Shown here piece by piece: positions 50,135 to 59,971 of a stretch of 64,000 nt of DNA (positions are counted from its first letter, which is position 1; every line of letters begins with the position of its first letter). Position numbers and translations under genes: made by a program. Under the pieces are notes generated by a model that was not told the DNA's origin, ran no database searches, and saw only the letters and a program-made list of their open reading frames with translations. This DNA comes from Parvibaculaceae bacterium (GTDB lineage Bacteria > Pseudomonadota > Alphaproteobacteria > Rhizobiales > Aestuariivirgaceae), in NCBI GenBank assembly GCA_050246735.1, contig JBFWVM010000001.1:338004-402003 (forward strand), read 5' to 3'.

Positions 50135-52081
50135 ATGTCCAGGCTCTTCCCGCATCTCTTCACCCCCTGCAAGGTCAAGACGACCGAGTTCCGCAACCGG
50201 ATATTCTCGACCGGCCACGACACCTACCTGCCGGAGAAATACCTGCCCTCCGACGCGCTCATCGCCTATCACGTGGCGCGCGCCAAGGGCGGGGCCGGGC
50301 TCATCATCGTGCAGGTGACGGGGGTGCACGAATCGGCGCGCTACACCGCCGACCTGCTGATGGGGACCGACGATGGCTGCATCAAGCCCTTCGCCCGGAT
50401 GATTGATGCCATCCACAGGGAAGGCACCAAGGTCTTCGTCCAGCTCTTCCATCCCGGCCGCGAGCTCCTGGGCCGGCCGGAAGGGGTGGCGCAGGCGGCC
50501 TTCGCGCCCTCCTTCTCGCCATCGGAGCGCTTCCGCACGGCGCCCCGGCCCATGTCGCTCGCCATGATCGAGGAGATCATCGACGGCTTCGGCGAGGCGG
50601 CGCGGCGCATGGCGGAAGCCGGCGCCGACGGCGTCGAGATCGTCGGCAGCCACGGCTATCTGCCCGCACAGTTCCTCAACCCGCGGGTCAACCGCCGCGA
50701 CGACCGCTTCGGCGGCCCGCTCGAGAACCGCGTCCGCTTCATCCGCGAGGCGGCGCAGGCGGCGCGCCGGAAGGTGCCAGCGGATTTCATCGTCGGCCTC
50801 AGATTCTCGGGCGAGGAGCTCGATGCCGACGGGCTGCAGGAGGACGAGACCCTCGCTGCCTGCCGCCTGCTCAAGGACGACCTCGACTATTTCAACGTCA
50901 TCGCCGGCACCTCGGCCTCGCAAGGCGGCGCCATCCATATCGTGCCGCCGATGCTGATCGAGAATGCCTATGTGGCGCCCTATGCGCGCAAGCTCAAGCA
51001 GTCGATCGGCAAGCCGGTCTTCGTGGCGGGCCGCATCAACCAGCCGCACGAGGCGGAAAGGGTGATCGCCGAAGGGGCCGCCGACATGTGCGGCATGACG
51101 CGGGCGATGATCTGCGATCCGCAAATGGCCAACAAGGCGAAAGCGGGCGCGACCGACGACATCCGCGCCTGCATCGCCTGCAACCAGGCCTGCATCGGCC
51201 ATTTCCAGCTCGGCCTCTCGATCTCCTGCATCCAGCATCCGGAGACCGGGCGCGAGCTCGACTATGGCGACAAGCCCCGGGCGGCGAGACGCAAGCGGGT
51301 GATGGTGGTGGGCGGCGGGCCCGCCGGCCTCAAGGCGGCGAGCGTCGCGGCCGAGCGCGGCCATGAGGTGACGCTCTATGAGAAGGACGCGCAGCTCGGC
51401 GGCCAGGCGCGCCTCGCCCAGCTTCTGCCCGCCCGCGCCGAGTTCGGCGGCATCATCACCAATCTCGCGCGCGAGGCGGAGCGCGCCGGCGCGCGCATCG
51501 TCAGGAACACGACGGTCACGCCCGGCTTCCTCGAAAGCGAGGCCCCGGACGCGGTCATCCTCGCTTGCGGATCGCTGCCGCAGCGTCCGCCGGCCGAGAT
51601 CGGCGACGATGCCCATGTGATCCATGCGGTCGACGTGCTGAAGGGCGAGAAGACCGGCAGCCGCGTCGTCATCTATGACTGGCTCGCCGACTGGATCGGT
51701 CTCGGCGTCGCCGAGAAGCTCGCCGGCGAGGGCGTCGATGTGCGCCTCGCCGTCAACGGCCTCAGCGCCGGCATCGCGATCCAGAACTATACGCGCGACG
51801 CGCATCTGGCGCGCCTGCACCGGCTCGGCGTCAAGGTCATCCCGCTGATGCGGCTCTATGGCGCCGATGCGACGACCGCCTATTTCCTCCACACGGCGGC
51901 GCAGGAGCCCGTGGTGCTGGAGGAGGTCGACACCATCGTGCTCGCCTGTCCCAACGCGCCGGAGGATTCGCTTACCCGGACGGCGGAAGCCTTCGAGCAC
52001 TATCTCGTCGGCGACTGCCTGGCGGCGCGCACCGCCGAGGAGGCGGTCTATGAGGGCCTCAAGGCCGGCATGGCGGTGTAG
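50135..52081 (+). CDS. OYE-like NADH:flavin oxidoreductase with Fe-S and FAD domains
   Basis: HGYLPAQFL, NRRDDRFGG, CIACNQAC, VVGGGPAG. Confidence 0.92.
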   Translation: MSRLFPHLFTPCKVKTTEFRNRIFSTGHDTYLPEKYLPSDALIAYHVARAKGGAGLIIVQVTGVHESARYTADLLMGTDDGCIKPFARMIDAIHREGTKVFVQLFHPGRELLGRPEGVAQAAFAPSFSPSERFRTAPRPMSLAMIEEIIDGFGEAARRMAEAGADGVEIVGSHGYLPAQFLNPRVNRRDDRFGGPLENRVRFIREAAQAARRKVPADFIVGLRFSGEELDADGLQEDETLAACRLLKDDLDYFNVIAGTSASQGGAIHIVPPMLIENAYVAPYARKLKQSIGKPVFVAGRINQPHEAERVIAEGAADMCGMTRAMICDPQMANKAKAGATDDIRACIACNQACIGHFQLGLSISCIQHPETGRELDYGDKPRAARRKRVMVVGGGPAGLKAASVAAERGHEVTLYEKDAQLGGQARLAQLLPARAEFGGIITNLAREAERAGARIVRNTTVTPGFLESEAPDAVILACGSLPQRPPAEIGDDAHVIHAVDVLKGEKTGSRVVIYDWLADWIGLGVAEKLAGEGVDVRLAVNGLSAGIAIQNYTRDAHLARLHRLGVKVIPLMRLYGADATTAYFLHTAAQEPVVLEEVDTIVLACPNAPEDSLTRTAEAFEHYLVGDCLAARTAEEAVYEGLKAGMAV

Positions 52082-52082
52082 C

Positions 52083-52520
52083 TCAATCGCCCGCGGGGAT
52101 CCTCGGCGCATAGGTGCCGAAGCACCAGACCTGGCCTTCCGGATCCTTGCAGATGAAGTCGCGGCTGCCATAGGGCTGGTCGGTCGGCTCCATGACGATC
52201 TCGGCGCCGGCCGCCCTGGCCCTGTCGAAGAGAGCGTCGGCGTCGGGGACGGCGATATAGACGGACTGCGTCGTGGCGCCGACATCGAGGGCCGGGCGCA
52301 CCAGCTTGCCGAAAGCCGTGTCGTCCTTGGCCGAGCCCATCATCAGGAGCCGGTCGCCCAGGGCCAGCTCCGCATGGATGACTTTTCCATCCTCGCCTGT
52401 GTAGGCGACATGGGTCCTGAAGCCGAAGGCGCGCTCGAGCCAGCCGATCATCGCGGCGGCGTCGCGATAGGTCATGGTGGGATAGAGGATGGGGGTTGCG
52501 GTGGTCGGCATGTCGGCCAT
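52083..52520 (-). CDS. VOC/glyoxalase family protein
   Basis: WLERAFG, HAEL, DQPYGSRDF..DPEGQVW. Confidence 0.9.
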   Translation of the reverse strand: MADMPTTATPILYPTMTYRDAAAMIGWLERAFGFRTHVAYTGEDGKVIHAELALGDRLLMMGSAKDDTAFGKLVRPALDVGATTQSVYIAVPDADALFDRARAAGAEIVMEPTDQPYGSRDFICKDPEGQVWCFGTYAPRIPAGD

Positions 52521-52603
52521 GATCGTCTCCTTCGAGTGTGAAGCGATCGTCGCAGCTTATGGTTCCGGCGTATTGAAGAAATGTGACCGCAGAGCAAATC
52601 CCG

Positions 52604-53482
52604 CTAAGGGCCGGGCTCGAGCACGCCGGTGTCCGCGCGGTCGCGCCGCGAGAGATCGCCGGGCGAGAGGCCGGACAGGTCCCTGAATTCGCGCGCCAGA
52701 TGCGCCTGGTCGGCATAGCCCGCCGCACAGGCGATATCGGCCCAGCCTCGGCGCGGCGCGGTTCCCGCCAGATGGCGGGCGTGCTCGAAGCGCAGGATGC
52801 GCGCCATGGTCTTGGGCGTCGCGCCGATCTCGGCGCGGAACAGCTTGGCGAGATGCCGGCGGCCGATGCCCGCGTCGCGCGCCAGACCGGCGATCGACGC
52901 GGCGCCCTTGCTGCGCTCGAGCCCGTGCCAGACCGTGCGCACCGCAGGATGCGGCGCTCCGGCGCGCGCCATGCGGGCGGCGATCAGCCTGTCGAGGATG
53001 GCGAAGCGCCGGCGCCAGTCGGCGGCGTCGTACAGTTCCTGGACGATGAGATCGCCGCCCGGTCCCAGGAGGTCGGCGAGCGGCAAGGTGCGGCCGGCGA
53101 TCTCCGACTGCGCCATGCCGAAGAACCGCAAGGCGCCGAGCGGCGTGAAGTTCACCTGCAGGCAATGGGCGCTGCCCGGCGAGCCGACGATCACCGGTCC
53201 GTCATAGACGCCGGCCGCGAAGCTGCCGAGGCGCGCCGCGCTCCCGGGCCCGTCGCGCACCGTGAAGGGCGCGCCGAAATTGACGATCACCGGGATGAAG
53301 CCGCCCGGGACCTCACGCCGCCAGACGGGCCGGCCGCCCGCTTCGCGATAGCCGGAATAGCCGGTCACATGCGGGCTCAGCGCTTCCTGCGGCAGGGCGC
53401 GCACGATCTCCCAACTGCCCATGTCGCCTTCATAGGCGAGGCGCGTGACCCTGCGATCCGATCCGGTCCGATCGTCCGTCAT
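52604..53482 (-). CDS. AraC family regulator
   Basis: TPKTMARILRF, GYADQAHLAREFR. Confidence 0.9.
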   Translation of the reverse strand: MTDDRTGSDRRVTRLAYEGDMGSWEIVRALPQEALSPHVTGYSGYREAGGRPVWRREVPGGFIPVIVNFGAPFTVRDGPGSAARLGSFAAGVYDGPVIVGSPGSAHCLQVNFTPLGALRFFGMAQSEIAGRTLPLADLLGPGGDLIVQELYDAADWRRRFAILDRLIAARMARAGAPHPAVRTVWHGLERSKGAASIAGLARDAGIGRRHLAKLFRAEIGATPKTMARILRFEHARHLAGTAPRRGWADIACAAGYADQAHLAREFRDLSGLSPGDLSRRDRADTGVLEPGP

Positions 53483-53543
53483 CCGTCAATCCTAGCCTTC
53501 GCCCGCGATTGACGCCACCCGCCGCGCGTGCAAGCGTCGCAAG

Positions 53544-53930
53544 ATGCGCCATCTCTTCGAATTCGAATCGAAGACGCAGCGGCTCGCCGCGCCGCGCAGC
53601 TTCGCGCTGCGGCTGATGCGCAACGCGCTGTGGAGCGCCGGCTTCATCCTGATCTGGCTCGTCATCGGCATGGCCGGCTATGGCGGCCTGGAAGGCATGA
53701 GTCCCGTCGACGCCTTCGTCAATGCGGCGATGATCCTCTCCGGCATGGGGCCGGTCGGCACGCTCGCCACGACGGGCGGCAAGATCTTCGCCGGCGTCTA
53801 TGCGATCGTCTCCGGCATCGTCATCTTCGGCATCGCCGGCATCGCGCTGGCGCCGCTCTTCCACCGCATGATGCACAAATTCCACCTCCAGGACGACGAA
53901 GCGGCCGGGAAAGCCAGGAAGAAAAAATAG
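53544..53930 (+). CDS. Two-TM ion-channel-like membrane protein
   Basis: TM, pore helix (VDAFVNAAMIL-SGMGP), TM. Confidence 0.75.
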   Translation: MRHLFEFESKTQRLAAPRSFALRLMRNALWSAGFILIWLVIGMAGYGGLEGMSPVDAFVNAAMILSGMGPVGTLATTGGKIFAGVYAIVSGIVIFGIAGIALAPLFHRMMHKFHLQDDEAAGKARKKK

Positions 53931-53944
53931 CGGGTATCCGGCGA

Positions 53945-54850
53945 TCACGCCGCGCGCGGTTGGGCGGGCAGCGTCATGGCCGCCACGCCGATCACCACGC
54001 AGGCGAGACCGATCCAGCCTGTCCCGCCCAGGCGCTCCGACAGGAACCAGGCGCCGATGGCCACGCCCACCGGGACGCGCAGATAGGCCTGCGCCGTCGT
54101 GGCGACCGAGCCCAGCGTATTGACGAGGCGGAAGAAGATGCACAGCGCGAAGGCGGTGCAGAAGACGGCGAGGCCGCCCAGCGCCATGAGGGATTGCGGC
54201 GAAGGAGCGAGCGTCCACGGCCGGTCGACGACGAGGCTCAGGGGAGTGAGCATCGCGGCACCGGCGAGCATCGAGCCCGCCGCCGGCAGCATCGGATCCA
54301 TATGCCTGAAGTTGCGCCCGAAGATCGAGGCGCCGGCATAGCTGATGGTGGCGGCGACGATGGCGAGCTGGGAGGCGAGCTCGCGGCCGAGGCCGTTCAG
54401 CGCCTCGACGCCGACGATGAGGCAGATGCCGGCCATGCCGGCCGACACGCCGAAGGCCTTGCGCCAGCCGGCAGGCTCATGCCGGGTGACGGCGATGGTG
54501 ATGAGAAAGGCGAAGATCGGCGTGGTCGAATTGAGGATGGCGGCAAGGCCGGCACCGACGGTGAGCTCGGCCCAGGCGATGAGGGTGAACGGCAGCACGC
54601 TGTTGAGCGCCGCCTGAACGGCGAAGAGCCGCCAGCCCGCCGGGTCGCGCGGCAAGGCGAGGCCGCGGAGCCGCAGCACCGCCAGCAGGAAGAGTCCGGC
54701 GACAAGGGTGCGCCCGGCGATGAAGGTCACCGGCGGAATGGTTTCGACGCCGATCTTGATGAAGGTGTAGGAAGAGCCCCACAGCGTTGCCAGCAAGGCC
54801 AGCAGCGCCAGCTCGAATGCGGGAGGACGGGATGGAGCGGAAGCGGTCAT
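53945..54850 (-). CDS. EamA/DMT transporter
   Basis: LWGSSYTFIK, AAILNSTTP. Confidence 0.92.
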   Translation of the reverse strand: MTASAPSRPPAFELALLALLATLWGSSYTFIKIGVETIPPVTFIAGRTLVAGLFLLAVLRLRGLALPRDPAGWRLFAVQAALNSVLPFTLIAWAELTVGAGLAAILNSTTPIFAFLITIAVTRHEPAGWRKAFGVSAGMAGICLIVGVEALNGLGRELASQLAIVAATISYAGASIFGRNFRHMDPMLPAAGSMLAGAAMLTPLSLVVDRPWTLAPSPQSLMALGGLAVFCTAFALCIFFRLVNTLGSVATTAQAYLRVPVGVAIGAWFLSERLGGTGWIGLACVVIGVAAMTLPAQPRAA

Positions 54851-54985
54851 GGGGCTGGATCCTGAGAGCCGGTGATGGCGCCCATCTGTGACAGGATGTT
54901 CCGACGCCGTCCCGCCTTGACGTTTCGGCCGCGGCCGAAGCGTTCGCTGCTGACCGCTCGCCGCCTCGAGCCTATAATCGGGACC

Positions 54986-55684
54986 ATGACGAATTTCGTT
55001 TCCGGCAACAGCCTGGCCGAGGTCGCGGCCCTCATCGGCGATCCGGCGCGGGCCAATATCCTCCAGGCGCTGGCCGATGGTCGGGCCCTGACCGCGGGCG
55101 AGCTCGCCTGGCATGCCGGGGTGAGCGCCCAGACCACCAGCGGCCATCTGGCGAAGCTCGCCGAGGCGCGATTGATCGCGCTCGAGAAGCAGGGCCGCCA
55201 CCGCTATTTCCGCCTGGCGTCGCCGCAGGTCGCCGAGGCCATGGAAGCCCTGATGCTGGTCGCGGCCGACGGGCCGAAGCGCCATCGCCCGACGGGTCCG
55301 CGCGACGAGGCGCTGCGCGCCGCGCGCACCTGCTACGACCATCTGGCCGGCAGGCTCGCCGTGGCGCTCGCCGACCGGCTGAGCGCCCGCAAGCTCATCA
55401 TCCTGTCCGACGGCGCGGCCGCGGTCACGGAGACCGGGCACCGCTTCTTCCGCGATTTCGGCCTCGATCTCGAAGGCGACGGCAAGAGCACGCGCCCGCT
55501 CTGCCGCACCTGTCTCGACTGGAGCGAAAGACGCTCGCATCTCGCGGGCCGGCTCGGCGCGGCGCTCTGCCGGAAGTGCCTCGATCTCGGCTGGATCAGG
55601 CGCGGCAGGGACAGCCGGGCCGTCATCTTCACGCCCGAGGGCGTCGAAGGCTTCCGCGACATCTTCGGCATCACATTGTCCTGA
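54986..55684 (+). CDS. ArsR family regulator with C-terminal extension
   Basis: ALIGDPARANIL, TAGELA, ARTCYDHLAG, CLDWSERR. Confidence 0.9.
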   Translation: MTNFVSGNSLAEVAALIGDPARANILQALADGRALTAGELAWHAGVSAQTTSGHLAKLAEARLIALEKQGRHRYFRLASPQVAEAMEALMLVAADGPKRHRPTGPRDEALRAARTCYDHLAGRLAVALADRLSARKLIILSDGAAAVTETGHRFFRDFGLDLEGDGKSTRPLCRTCLDWSERRSHLAGRLGAALCRKCLDLGWIRRGRDSRAVIFTPEGVEGFRDIFGITLS

Positions 55685-55731
55685 CGGGATCGCCGGGCTA
55701 AACGGTCGGCCTTCATCAGAAGGAGATTCCC

Positions 55732-56145
55732 GTGACCGCCGCCCAGACCCGCAAGCTCGTCCAGACCTATTACGATGCCTTCAACCGGCAGGATGTCGAG
55801 GGCATGCTCGCCTGCCTGGGGCCGGGCTTCGTCCATGAGGTGAGCCAGGGCGAGAGGCGCAAGGGCAAGGCCCTGTTCAAGGACTTCCTCGTCCACATGA
55901 ACAGGAGCTATCGCGAGACGCTCTCCGACATCGTCGTCATGACCGACGCTTCGGGAAAACGGGCCGCCGCCGAATTCGATCTCCGGGGCAGATATCTGGC
56001 GACCGATCCGGGCCTTCCGAAGGCCACGGGGCAGCGCTACAAGCTCAGGGTGGGCGCCTTCTTCGAGATCAGGAACGGCCGGATCTCGCGCGTCTCGACG
56101 CACTACAATCTCAAGGACTGGACGCGCCAGGTCGCGGGCGCCTGA
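55732..56145 (+). CDS. SnoaL/ketosteroid isomerase-like protein
   Basis: YYDAFNRQD, HMNRSYRE, YNLKDW. Confidence 0.88.
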   Translation: MTAAQTRKLVQTYYDAFNRQDVEGMLACLGPGFVHEVSQGERRKGKALFKDFLVHMNRSYRETLSDIVVMTDASGKRAAAEFDLRGRYLATDPGLPKATGQRYKLRVGAFFEIRNGRISRVSTHYNLKDWTRQVAGA

Positions 56146-56155
56146 GCTTCCCGGA

Positions 56156-57070
56156 CTATGTCTTGCCACGCTGGCGGGAGGCCGAGCTGTCGCGCAGCTT
56201 CTCCAGCGTTCCGATCCGCCGTTTCGCGGCCTTGCTGAGCCGCAGGCCGAGGGCGCCGATCAGGGCCTCCATCTGGGCGAGCGCGGCAACGCTCGAATCG
56301 TAGAGCGAAGGAACCGTCACCGGCGCCATGACCACGTGATGGGCGAATCTGGAGATGCCGCTCATCCATTCGTCCGTGAAGACGATGATCGAGGCTCCCT
56401 GGCTGGCGGCAATCTCCGCGAAGCGGAACACGTCCGGCTGATAGCGGCGAAAGTCGAATATGACGACGACATGCCGCCTGCCCACGTCGAGCAGGTATGT
56501 CGGCCACGTCTCGGTCTGACCGCGCACCAATCCGACTTTCGGGCGCATCTCGGCAAGGAAGTTGTACATGGACTGGGCGAGGGTGTCGCTGAAGCGGCCG
56601 CCGAGGCACAAGACCGGCCGGTTGACGTCGGCGAGGAGGTCGAGCACGGCTTCGAACTGCGCCTCGGGCATCATCTCGCGCGCGCGCCTCACATTCTCGA
56701 CGAGGGCGTCGCAGAACTGGTGGCGATAGTCGTGCTCGTCCGATTTCTTCGATATGCCCAGCGAATGACGATTGAGCGCGGACTGGAACTGCGGCTTCAT
56801 CTCGTTGCGCAGCGCCAGCTGGAAGTCGAGATAGCTCGGGAATCCGAGCTTCGTGACGAAACGCAAAACGGTGGGAGCCGTCGTCTGAGCCGCTCCGGCA
56901 AAGCGAGCCAGGGTCTCGAGGCCGAGCAGCGGATATTGGGACAAAAGCACCTGGGCGATACGGCGTTCGGTGCGCGTCAGCCTGTCCGTCAGGCCGCGGA
57001 TCGTGTCCGCGATCGTGGCGTCGCCCGCCTCACTCTCCGCCCTCGATCGTGCCCGCTGTCTTGCCATCAA
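56156..57070 (-). CDS. MurR/RpiR family regulator
   Basis: LTRTERRIA, PTVLRFVTKLGF; SIS-like C-terminus. Confidence 0.9.
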   Translation of the reverse strand: MMARQRARSRAESEAGDATIADTIRGLTDRLTRTERRIAQVLLSQYPLLGLETLARFAGAAQTTAPTVLRFVTKLGFPSYLDFQLALRNEMKPQFQSALNRHSLGISKKSDEHDYRHQFCDALVENVRRAREMMPEAQFEAVLDLLADVNRPVLCLGGRFSDTLAQSMYNFLAEMRPKVGLVRGQTETWPTYLLDVGRRHVVVIFDFRRYQPDVFRFAEIAASQGASIIVFTDEWMSGISRFAHHVVMAPVTVPSLYDSSVAALAQMEALIGALGLRLSKAAKRRIGTLEKLRDSSASRQRGKT

Positions 57071-57101
57071 CCGTTCGACTTTCCTTGAAGACCCTGCAAC
57101 C

Positions 57102-57761
57102 TCATTTGCCGCGAGACATTGATCCGCTCAAATCCGCTTGGGCGCCGTCGGCGCCGATCTCGCCAAGGACCTCCCGGGTGACCATCAGCCGGCAATAGCC
57201 GCGGAAGGCCGCGATCGCCCTCGTATGCCGCTCGGCGCTCTTGGTGCCGCACGCGTCGGTGACGCAGATCATCCTGAATCCGCGATCGGCGCCGTCCCGT
57301 ATCGTATGATCGATGCACTGGTCCGTCAGGAATCCCGTCACGAGGATGCAATCCAGACCAATGTTGCGCGCGATATACTCAAAATTGGTCGAATTGAACA
57401 GGCTCGATGAGGTCTTCGACAGGATGATCTCGTCGCCGGCCGGACGGAGCTCGTCGATCACCTCGGCTTCCCGGCTTCCGGGCGGGAAATGGAAGCCGCT
57501 CAGCTTGTAATCGAGCGAGCGATCCCGGCCGTCGGCCGTAAGACTCCGAATGACCGTATGGATCACCTCGATCGGAGCGGCCCGCGCCGCGTCGAGAAGC
57601 GTTGCGATATTGGGGATCACGATGCCGTTCACCCGATCGAAGAAGTAGGGAGCGTCTTCACGCGAGGCCGCCCTGCACGTCCCGTTCTGCGCATCGACGA
57701 TCAGCAGGCCCGTTCGGGCCGCGACGATCGGAGCATCGCGCAGTCCCGCGGCGGCGGTCAT
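57102..57761 (-). CDS. Isochorismatase-family cysteine hydrolase
   Basis: LLIVDAQN, KTSSSLF, GFLTDQCI. Confidence 0.9.
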   Translation of the reverse strand: MTAAAGLRDAPIVAARTGLLIVDAQNGTCRAASREDAPYFFDRVNGIVIPNIATLLDAARAAPIEVIHTVIRSLTADGRDRSLDYKLSGFHFPPGSREAEVIDELRPAGDEIILSKTSSSLFNSTNFEYIARNIGLDCILVTGFLTDQCIDHTIRDGADRGFRMICVTDACGTKSAERHTRAIAAFRGYCRLMVTREVLGEIGADGAQADLSGSMSRGK

Positions 57762-58579
57762 CGAGACGCCTCCGGCGGGATGGACCGGCCGCTCGCCGGA
57801 AGATCGGCGAAGGATTCGGTGAGCACCCGCGCGAGCAGAGCGCAGATCTCGCCGCGACTCTCCGGATCGCCGAACAGGTCGTTGCGCAATTCGAACTGCA
57901 CATAGGGCACGCCCGCCCGTTCCGCATGAACGGGCAGGGTATAGTTCTCCTCGACCCGGATGATGTAAGGCTCGTTGTCTCCCACCGTCAGGTCGCGGCG
58001 CGCTCCGGCGAGGCGTTCGATGACGCGCTTGCGCATGCGGCCGTCGGAACCGCTCATGACGCCTATGTGCCAGGGTCTGGGCGAGCCGCCCGCGAGGCGC
58101 GGCGTGAACGTGTGCATGGTGACGATGCACAGGGGCCGGGACCTTCGCGCATCGATCTCCCCCGCGATACATTCGTGATAGGGTTCGAAGAACGCCGCTA
58201 TGCGACGCTGGCGCTCTTCCCGGGAGACGTCGGCATTGCCCGGGACCACGACCCCGTCGCTCACCCGGGCAATGCTGTCGCTCGTGGTTATCAGGCGGTT
58301 GCAGTCGATCACCAGGCGTGAATAGCCCTGGCCGATGGCGGTGGCGTCGAGAAGATCGGCGAGCTCGAGCGTCTGATCCCAGGCGTTGGGATCCCAGGCG
58401 ATGTGCATGCGCATCTGCTCGGCCGACAGGCCGAGCGAGCCGAGACGTTTCGGCACGGCGTTGCCGGCGTGATCGCAGAGGAGAAGGAAAGGCGACCGCC
58501 GGTTCCGGCCGTGGACACGGACGGGCAGGGGATCGGCAGGGTCGAGATGGCTGAGGCGCGCCGTGTCCAGGGTTGTCAT
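57758..58579 (-). CDS. N-formylglutamate amidohydrolase family
   Basis: LLCDHAGN, HIAWD, YSRLVIDCNR, MHTFTP, GDNEPY, ELRNDL. Confidence 0.92.
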   Translation of the reverse strand: MTTLDTARLSHLDPADPLPVRVHGRNRRSPFLLLCDHAGNAVPKRLGSLGLSAEQMRMHIAWDPNAWDQTLELADLLDATAIGQGYSRLVIDCNRLITTSDSIARVSDGVVVPGNADVSREERQRRIAAFFEPYHECIAGEIDARRSRPLCIVTMHTFTPRLAGGSPRPWHIGVMSGSDGRMRKRVIERLAGARRDLTVGDNEPYIIRVEENYTLPVHAERAGVPYVQFELRNDLFGDPESRGEICALLARVLTESFADLPASGRSIPPEASR

Positions 58580-58599
58580 GTTCCGACTCCAAGCGCGCC

Positions 58600-59964
58600 C
58601 TAGTAGACCTTCGAGTACATGGTGCACAGCGTGTCGAATGCCGAGCTCTCGACCTGGCCGAGCTCGCCGCGCTTGTGCATCAGATAGGGAATGCGGATGG
58701 CGTCCGGCATGAGAATCCCCTTGTCGTCCTCGAGGCAGTCGAGCGCTTCACCGAGGCTCTTCGGCAGCCTTGCGATCCCGCGCCGGGCGAGTTCCGCCTC
58801 CGAAAGGGCGGCCATGTCGGCGGAAGTGGTCGCGACCGGGGCCTTGCGTCCGCGGGCAAGCCCGTCGAGGCCCGCGCGCGCGATCGCGCCGAGAGCCAGA
58901 TAGGGATTTGCCGCGGCGTCCGCGCCCCGGTACTCGAAGTTGAAGCTGCTCGCGACGTCGTCCCCCCGACGGTCGGAGACCGGGCAGATGCGGACCAGAG
59001 CTTCGCGATCACGCTTGCCGAGATTGGTGGACGAGGCGCTCCAGGCATTGGGGCGGAGCCGCTCGTACGATATCGCGGTCGGAGCCGCGATCGCGCTCAA
59101 AGCACGGCCATGATGGAGGATGCCCTCGACAAAGCGGCCCGCCACTTCCGAAACACCGTCATCCGCGTCCGGATCGAACGAGCGCGGGGTGCCATCGAGA
59201 TCTTCCAGGCTGAAGTGAATATGTACGCCGTTCCCGACGGCGCCCTTGCCCAGAATGGGCGAGAAGGTCGCCAGCATGTTCCTGTGCCTGGCGGCGAGGC
59301 GCACGATCTGCCGGAGCTTGACCGCGCGGTCGGCAGCCTCGAGACCGGGCGCGGGGCGCAGCGTGACTTCGTACTGGCCGGGGGAATATTCGGGCAGGAA
59401 GGTATCCGGCTCCAGCCGGGCGTCCTCCAGAGCGGCGAGGAGCATTTCGGGCAGGTCGCCGATCGCGCGAACGGCGTCGAGGCCGTAAGCCGCACCGAGC
59501 CGGGGCTCGATGCCGAGACAGGTGAACTCGTGTTCGAATGCGACGCGCAGGCTGAGCTTGTGGGTGTCGCGCAGTTCCGCGAGCGCGGATTTGAGGTAGC
59601 TGCGCGGGCAGCATTCCCACGGGCTACCGTCCATTTCTTCGACGTCGCCGAGGATGAAGTGCTCGATCGGGCTCCCGTCGCCGAAATCGAGCCTGACCTC
59701 GCCGGCGGGATCGGGCCGCAGCACGAGGTCTCCGCCTGCTCCCCAGGGAGTCGCCGGGATGGCGCCGAAGCAGTTGATCATGATGTTGGTGGGCGTCCAG
59801 CCGACGCCTTTCGACCAGCGCTCTTGCAGGTCCCGGGCCGGAAAGCCCTTGCCCCGGATCTGACCGGCAAAATCGCAATAGCAGACCATCGTGAACGGTT
59901 CGCGATGCACGCGGCCTCCTCCTCTTTCGGATGCAGGGTTTCGGGATTCTTTCCTCACGTTCAT
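58600..59964 (-). CDS. Glutamine synthetase-like gamma-glutamyl ligase
   Basis: AFEHEF, EYSPGQYE, GNGVHIH, SYERL, REALVR, FEYR..DAAANPY. Confidence 0.9.
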   Translation of the reverse strand: MNVRKESRNPASERGGGRVHREPFTMVCYCDFAGQIRGKGFPARDLQERWSKGVGWTPTNIMINCFGAIPATPWGAGGDLVLRPDPAGEVRLDFGDGSPIEHFILGDVEEMDGSPWECCPRSYLKSALAELRDTHKLSLRVAFEHEFTCLGIEPRLGAAYGLDAVRAIGDLPEMLLAALEDARLEPDTFLPEYSPGQYEVTLRPAPGLEAADRAVKLRQIVRLAARHRNMLATFSPILGKGAVGNGVHIHFSLEDLDGTPRSFDPDADDGVSEVAGRFVEGILHHGRALSAIAAPTAISYERLRPNAWSASSTNLGKRDREALVRICPVSDRRGDDVASSFNFEYRGADAAANPYLALGAIARAGLDGLARGRKAPVATTSADMAALSEAELARRGIARLPKSLGEALDCLEDDKGILMPDAIRIPYLMHKRGELGQVESSAFDTLCTMYSKVY

Positions 59965-59971
59965 GCCCTCG

